Below, piece after piece: positions 57,580-64,000 of a stretch of DNA of 64,000 nt. The stretch comes from Octopus vulgaris. Taxonomy: Eukaryota. A program made the position numbers and the translations under genes. The stretch covers positions 116,374,001-116,438,000 of the forward strand of contig OX597819.1 in assembly GCA_951406725.2 (NCBI GenBank), given 5' to 3'. The notes below the pieces were generated by a model. The model was not told the origin of the DNA. It saw nothing but the letters and a program-made list of their open reading frames with translations, and made no database searches. Positions within the stretch are counted from its first letter, which is position 1; the number at the start of each line of letters is the position of its first letter.

Positions 57580-58121
57580 TCAATATAGGGTAAAAAAAAT
57601 TTTGTAGAATTCTTTTGCCACCAGCGGCCTAGTAGGAAAAAATTAAATAGTCATAGACCATTTTTAAGTTCAACATCAACAATCAAGGAACGGCCATAAT
57701 AGGCCGTTCACCCACTAGAAATAACAGCCAAAGAATTACAGGGTAAATGTTTTTAAAATTTTCTCCTGGTTTACAGAATTAACTTTTATTTGCGGTTGAA
57801 GCTTTGGCTGTTATTTCTAGTGGGTGAACGGCCTATTATGGCCGTTCCTTGATTGTTGATGTTGAACTTAAAAATGGTCTATGACTATTTAATTTTTTCC
57901 TACTAGGCCGCTGGTGGCAAAAGAATTCTACAAAATTTTTTTTGCCACCCTATATTGATTAATTATGAATTTTCTGGTTAATTCTGTAATGGAATCGGCG
58001 GCTTATATTTATTTGCTGCCGATAAATTTGGCGCGAGTGCGACGATTTAAAAATTTTAGGTCAGATATAAACTTGGCAAGGTCGGAAATGCCTCGTGAAA
58101 ATATCTGCTCCGACTTGGGCT

Positions 58122-58228
58122 ATTTCTTACTGATAAATCTGAGGGCCTGTGGAAGATTGGCTTGATTTAATTTAATCAGGTTAGTTTACCATTAATCAGC
58201 AGATGAAACGGTATATCGTATAAGAAAT
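58122..58228 (+). ncRNA. Type I hammerhead ribozyme fold, copy 1 (core variant CUGAUAA)
   Basis: Stem I atttctta/taagaaat, core CTGATAA, stem II atctg/cagat, GAAA, stem III acg-gtatat-cgt, GUA site at 58218-58220. Confidence 0.7.
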
Positions 58229-58613
58229 TACAGGGTAAATGTTTTTTAAATTTTCTCCTGGTTTACAGAATTAACTTTTATTTGCGGTTGAAGCTTTGGC
58301 TGTTATTTCTAGTGGGTGAACGGCCTATTATGGCCGTTCCTTGATTGTTGATGTTGAACTTAAAAATGGTCTATGACTATTTAATTTTTTCCTACTAGGC
58401 CGCTGGTGGCAAAAGAATTCTACAAAATTTTTTTTGCCACCCTATATTGATTAATTATGAATTTTCTGGTTAATTCCGTAATGGAATCGACGGCTTATAT
58501 TTATTTGCTGCCGATAAATTTGGCGCGAGTGCGACGATTTGAAAATTTTAGGTCAGATATAAACTTGGCAAGGTCGGAAATGCCTCGTGAAAATATCTGC
58601 TCCGACTTGGGCT

Positions 58614-58720
58614 ATTTCTTACTGATGAATCTGAGGGCCTGTGGAAGATTGGCTTGATTTAATTTAATCAGGTTAGTTTACCATTAATCAGCAGATGAAA
58701 CGGTATATCGTATAAGAAAT
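58614..58720 (+). ncRNA. Type I hammerhead ribozyme, copy 2 (canonical core)
   Basis: Stem I atttctta(58614-21)/taagaaat(58713-20), CTGATGA 58622-28, stem II atctg/cagat, GAAA 58697-700, stem III acg/cgt with near-palindromic loop. Predicted cleavage 3' of GUA at 58712. Confidence 0.85.
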
Positions 58721-59083
58721 TACAGGGTAAATGTTTTTTAAATTTTCTCCTGGTTTACAGAATTAACTTCTATTTGCGGTTGAAGCTTTGGCTGTTATTT
58801 CTAGTGGGTGAACGGCCTATTATGGCCGTACCTTGATTGTTGATATATATATATATATATATATCAATCAATCTATCTATACACAGACACACGCACTCAC
58901 ACAAACATATACATACATACATTCACATATATATATACATACATACAGACACACACATATATATATAAAATAAAATATATATATACTTCTCATCACAACT
59001 GTCTATCGAACGGGAACGTAAAACAGTAAGTCTTGTGCTAAATGTGCAGCTTTGATATATTTTATTTAATATATATATATATC

Positions 59084-59140
<57 letters not shown>

Positions 59141-59759
59141 GTGTGTGTATGTATATGTGTGTGTGTGTATGTGTATGTATATATATGTGCATGTGAGTGT
59201 GTGTGTGTGCCTGTGTGGGTGTTTACACACACGTATATATTAATATCAAATGTTAATCTTTATATTCTACGTACCGTGAATTACAGCGGTAGTATTGGTT
59301 TGAGTGATCCTCGTATATAGGCGTCCATATATCGGAAACCATCTGTGTGGGCACAGAAATGTCAGATTATGTGATTTTAGTGACCATGCGCTTCCACTGT
59401 CTCAAGGGTCCGTTCACTGCATGTCAGACAAAATCACTACGAAAGGCATATAGAATAATTCTAATAATTCTGTCATTGTTCTCGCAAAATAAGCCAGACA
59501 GCTTATTAAAAAGTAATTATTAGCGACGGAAGAAATTGAATACGGAAATTGAATACAGTATGGTGACCTTGTACGTATGTATATGTATATATGTGTTTTT
59601 TTCTTTGCGTTTAAGTTTCGAGAGATTTCAAGCCGGTTGTTACTAACAAAATGACAAGACGTTTTGAGGTAAGTGCGTTCCGGGTGTTTCTACGAATATA
59701 GTTAAGTTGGGGTGTTGATTGAACTGTTGATACATACACCCAAGGACTCTTCGTTTTTC

Positions 59760-59990
59760 TGCTTTTAGTCACAACACCAATGTGTGCAACATTCTCATCG
59801 ATTCCGAGGTACTTGTAGCTTTCACCGTTAGTGATAGGAGAGATTAACGAGTCATTGATGAACATATTCTCAACCTGGTCGACAATATTTCCTCGGTTGG
59901 CGATCATTTACGAGCATTTATCTTGCCCAAACTTCATTCCTATAACTTATGAGAACATTGTAGCTAGTTTTAATTGTCTGTTGATATTGG
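59760..59990 (-). mobile_element. Non-LTR reverse transcriptase fragment (RLE-type, R4-like)
   Basis: GMKFGQDKCS...NRGNIV...GESYKYLGIDEN corresponds to the late RT domains. Confidence 0.7.
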
Positions 59991-60498
59991 TCATATTACC
60001 AGAATATAACATTTGGTAATCAACAAAAAATATGTGGGTAACATTAACTTTATTGTTATATTTCGGAATTGTCATTTTGCATGTTTAGCCAATAAAAACA
60101 CACGCACTATATATTTGGCGTTACTTTGCTTCAGTGTTATTTTTTTTTTACATTAATCTTAATCTTATTTCGGCCAGAGTTCTTTCGTCACACTCCTGTG
60201 ACCGCATCAGTGGTCCTTTGTTTTCTTCTTTCTTATTTGTGTCCCTCACAGGGTATATTTGTTGGTATGTATGTACGTATTAACTTTATTCTTTTGTGCA
60301 TATCCAAGCATGTAGCCTTGGCATTTTGTTAACAGAACGGAGAAAGGATCCACTGCAAGTGCAAACAGTATTACAGATATACTATCACTGTGGAATATGC
60401 TTGATGATAATTAAATTCTGTTTGTACCAATACGTGTTACTTCAGTAGTTGTCAGTATTGTGTATGTATGTATGTATGTATGTATGTATGTATGTATG

Positions 60499-60882
60499 TT
60501 ATTTAGTTTTAGTTCAAGATTTCTTGCCAATAGAGAAATATACAGTTTCTAACCTAGATTCAGGGCTCCTTCATTGGAACTTCCACATCAACTACAAGGT
60601 ATATTTGTCTGTATGCATGTACGTATGTATGTGTGCATGTGTGCAGATTTTTATGTTTTGCTCTATGTATGTAATCTCATGGATATAATTGCATATCTAG
60701 ACATACACATATATATATATATATATTTAAATGATAAACGTCTGGAATGTTTTAAAGATTTTTACAATTCCAATGATGGATTGGATCTGAAGTCTTCGAA
60801 TTAGCATTCTCCTCGCTGGTTTTGAGAAGCCTAATTTCTCGACATTGGTATTTAGGCAGTATGTTACATATCCCAGGGCCCT
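60499..60882 (-). mobile_element. 3' end of RLE-type LINE homologous to 11064-11210
   Basis: 60729-60882 aligns to 11064-11210. An adjacent UTR-like segment ends in a (TATG)n tract. Confidence 0.75.
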
Positions 60883-61731
60883 AGTGTTTGTATGTATGTA
60901 GATATGTATTCATGTACGTGTGTGTACATATGCTTGCATGTATGAATGTATGCATACATGTGTGTGTGTGTGTTCGTGTGTGTGTTGTGTATGTATTTGT
61001 GTGTACCTGTACCGTGTGTCTTGCGTTTTATTCTCTTCTAATCATATGACAATGGCAATTCCATAGCGTCAAACTTTTCTAGACGTTTCGTAGTTGAGAT
61101 GACAATTTTGACGGCTATAATGATAAGTATCCTGGGGTGTTGAAGAGATACATACTAATTAACTCCCCATTCTGGTTCGTGTCATATATTTTCTAAAACC
61201 AGAATTAATTATAATTGCTATGCATCTGTTTGGTAGCAGGGTTAAGACCACCTGTTTCCAACGTAGCAATCTGTTCATTTCTTATTGCTTGGAGTAAGAA
61301 GTTATTTATGAATAAATGACCACCTTGTTATTACTCAAATAATTACTTCATGCTGAACCCAAGGAATTTCCTATAAATAATTACGATATTTTGAGATTAA
61401 TTCCTCTCGTTTGCATTATACATCAACTTAATGAATTAACAAATGGTTATTTAAAGGTTGTATCGTAAATAATCTTTAAGATATTTCACAAAATTTCATT
61501 AATCAGGAATATGTCTTCGGCATACGAATGATAGTTTTAATTGCGTTCTTGCTCAATAAGTTACTTAGATTAATTGTCTGGAAATATTACTGTAATCATA
61601 TGATTAGATATGACAAATCTTCGGATGTTTCGAAAGATTTAGCGCTTAGCAAACTTATATTTATGTACTAACCGCTCAATTACAATTTATGCTGATCATT
61701 TAAATAGTAACATATATTAACTGGTCAAATA

Positions 61732-61780
<49 letters not shown>

Positions 61781-62924
61781 ATAAGATAGTGGTATATGCC
61801 CAGAAAGAGGGAGAGTAGGGGTAACATAAACTATTTATTATTATCAGTTAAAAGGGGACTAAAATGGACAAAGAAGTCACAATGAGATCTAAATGAGCAT
61901 TAAGGGTACTTGGGGAAAATAATATCCAAAATATAGCAAAATTTATATATTATTGTACTTTGTATAATAAATAGTAAAATTTAAAAATTTAGAAAGGGAT
62001 ATAAGGACCAAGTAAGAGAAGCATATAAAAACCAATTCAAGCCCTAAAAATGTAGGGTACTTTTATATAAAATAGAAGCTTCATAATACTTCATCCTAGA
62101 AAACAGTTAAGGTGGTCATGATAAAATCATTCAACAATGAACCCACAATTAAAGTAAATTCAGATTTTATCAGAGAAAGAGGTACACATTTGACTGAAAA
62201 CCAGGGACTAAAGGCAAAAAAATGAGATAATTGGTTCTATAACAGGTAAATTTATTTAACTGTAGAAAGAAGTTACAACCCCTTCACAAATCATAGAATG
62301 TTACAACAGTATATATGAGGGTAAATTGGTATACAAAACATAAAATTCAATAATATAATATAATATAATATCTGTACACTGAATTTTTCTTCGAGTAATT
62401 TCCATAGCGTTAGTTCTCATTCTCTTTATGGGAAGCGGGTATTTCAATTAGATATGCAATCTCTCAGGAGAATTCCACCTAATAATTTCCGGCCTAGAGG
62501 ACAGTAATCTATCTTATACTGATTCCGCCGCTTACAACATTATATTATGCAATCCCAGAATATGCGCTTGAAACAGTGCGAGTAATGGCGTTTAGAAACG
62601 TGTCATTGTCATGCTTGTTACACAGATAAACGATTTCTTGACGGCAAACACATCAAACCCATCTAAATGTGGCAATTTAACTTCCACTTTGAAAAGCCAC
62701 ACACCACTCACTTAAAAATACATTGGATAACATATTCCTAAATATAATTATCTGACAACAAAGGTATTTAATAGTTATAAAGGAAGACATTTGACCGGAG
62801 ATCTACTTGATAAAAATTAACGCAGTGTTAAACAATACTGGATGACGTCTTGTATACTGTCCGAGTTGCTTTTATATCGAACACACTGGTTTACAGATTA
62901 AATTAGTTTTGGGCTTAAAGCAGT

Positions 62925-63075
62925 GAGCACGTCTTCACGATCTGAGTTCAAATACCGCCAAAGTCAACTTTGCCTTTTATCCTTTCGGCGCTGATAAAAT
63001 AAGTACGAGTTGAACAGTGGGGTTGTTGTAATCGACTTGCCCTCTCTTTTGAGATTGCTGGCCTTGTACCCAAAT
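62925..63075 (+). mobile_element. Old SINE family B remnant
   Basis: ctgagttcaaataccgccaaagtcaactttgccttttatcctttcggcgctgataaaataagtac. Confidence 0.7.
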
Positions 63076-63255
63076 TTTAAACGAATATCACGTGTGTTCA
63101 ACAGATGTTATGCACATATGTACCGTACAAAATAATAAGTTAATACAGATTAGTAAATCAATCCATTTCTGTAGGTTCAGCTACATGTTAAATCTATTCG
63201 ATTTATTTTGTTGCTTTGTATAAATGTCATTACATAATGTATATATCATTTCCAT

Positions 63256-63472
63256 CTCTTTTACTCTTTTACTCTTTTACTTGTTTCAGTTAGTTGACTG
63301 CGGCCATGCTGGAGCACCGCCTTTAGTCGAGCAAATCGACCCCGGGACTGATTCTTTGTAAGCCCAGTACTTATTCTATCGGTCTATTTTGCCGAACCGC
63401 TAAGTGACGGGGACGTAAACACACCAGCATCGGTTGTCAAGCAATGCTAGGGGGACAAACACAGACACACAA

Positions 63473-63505
<33 letters not shown>

Positions 63506-63668
63506 CGACAGGCTTCTTTCAGTTTCCGTCTACCAAATCCACTCTCAAGGCATTGGTCGGCCCGGGGCCATAGCAGAAGACACTTGCCCAAGATGCCACG
63601 CAGTGGGACTGAACTTGGAACCATGTGGTTGGTTAGCAAGCTACTTTCCACACAGCCACTCCTGCGCC
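63256..63668 (-). mobile_element. SINE family A, full length
   Basis: Complete reverse-complement match to family A. Confidence 0.92.
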
Positions 63669-64000
63669 TATAGTAGAAAATGTAGAAAAGCGTACATTTT
63701 TCCGATATATCATTATTAAAATAATTTCACTATCTGTTTCAGGAAGAATAAGCTTGAATAATGTATAATTACATGGTTAAAATACATAATTAATGAATTT
63801 TCATCAAATAAATTGTAACGAAATCTTATCCCAAATCATCAGCATTGATGCCAACTATACTTGTTATAATCCGTTGTTGGTTTAAATGCAAGTGAGACAG
63901 AGAAAACGAGCTGTACGTTGCTCAGTGCTGGCGTGGTATCCTCAGAGCAGTGGCACTTTTAAAAAAATATCCACATGAATACACAATTATATTGGTGCGG

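Noticed and set aside
57965-58657. Duplicated 66-aa ORFs in the 492-bp repeat
   Set aside because: No recognisable motif. They overlap the ribozyme and hairpins, and their identity merely reflects the repeat.

Overview
AT-rich eukaryotic genomic DNA, dense in microsatellites ((TA)n, (CA)n, (TATC)n, (GAA)n). Its tRNA-derived SINE families resemble those of Octopus or other coleoid cephalopods, an inference from repeat content only. No host protein-coding gene can be supported, and nearly all listed ORFs are microsatellite or SINE read-through. The window holds decayed transposons: Tc1/mariner, a Gypsy LTR element, CR1, RTE and RLE-type (R4/HERO-like) LINEs, a Penelope-like GIY-YIG remnant and at least four SINE families. 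The most striking structure is at 57572-58844, a young, non-coding 492-bp tandem repeat inserted in a (TA)n tract. Each unit carries a type I hammerhead ribozyme fold with an unusually long stem II, and the array is preceded by an inverted partial copy. The direct array starts almost exactly at the predicted self-cleavage site, as expected of a retrozyme or Penelope-pLTR-like RNA element. Several other repeats carry minimal or variant hammerhead-like motifs, including a ~375-bp palindrome with U3-A8 variant cores.
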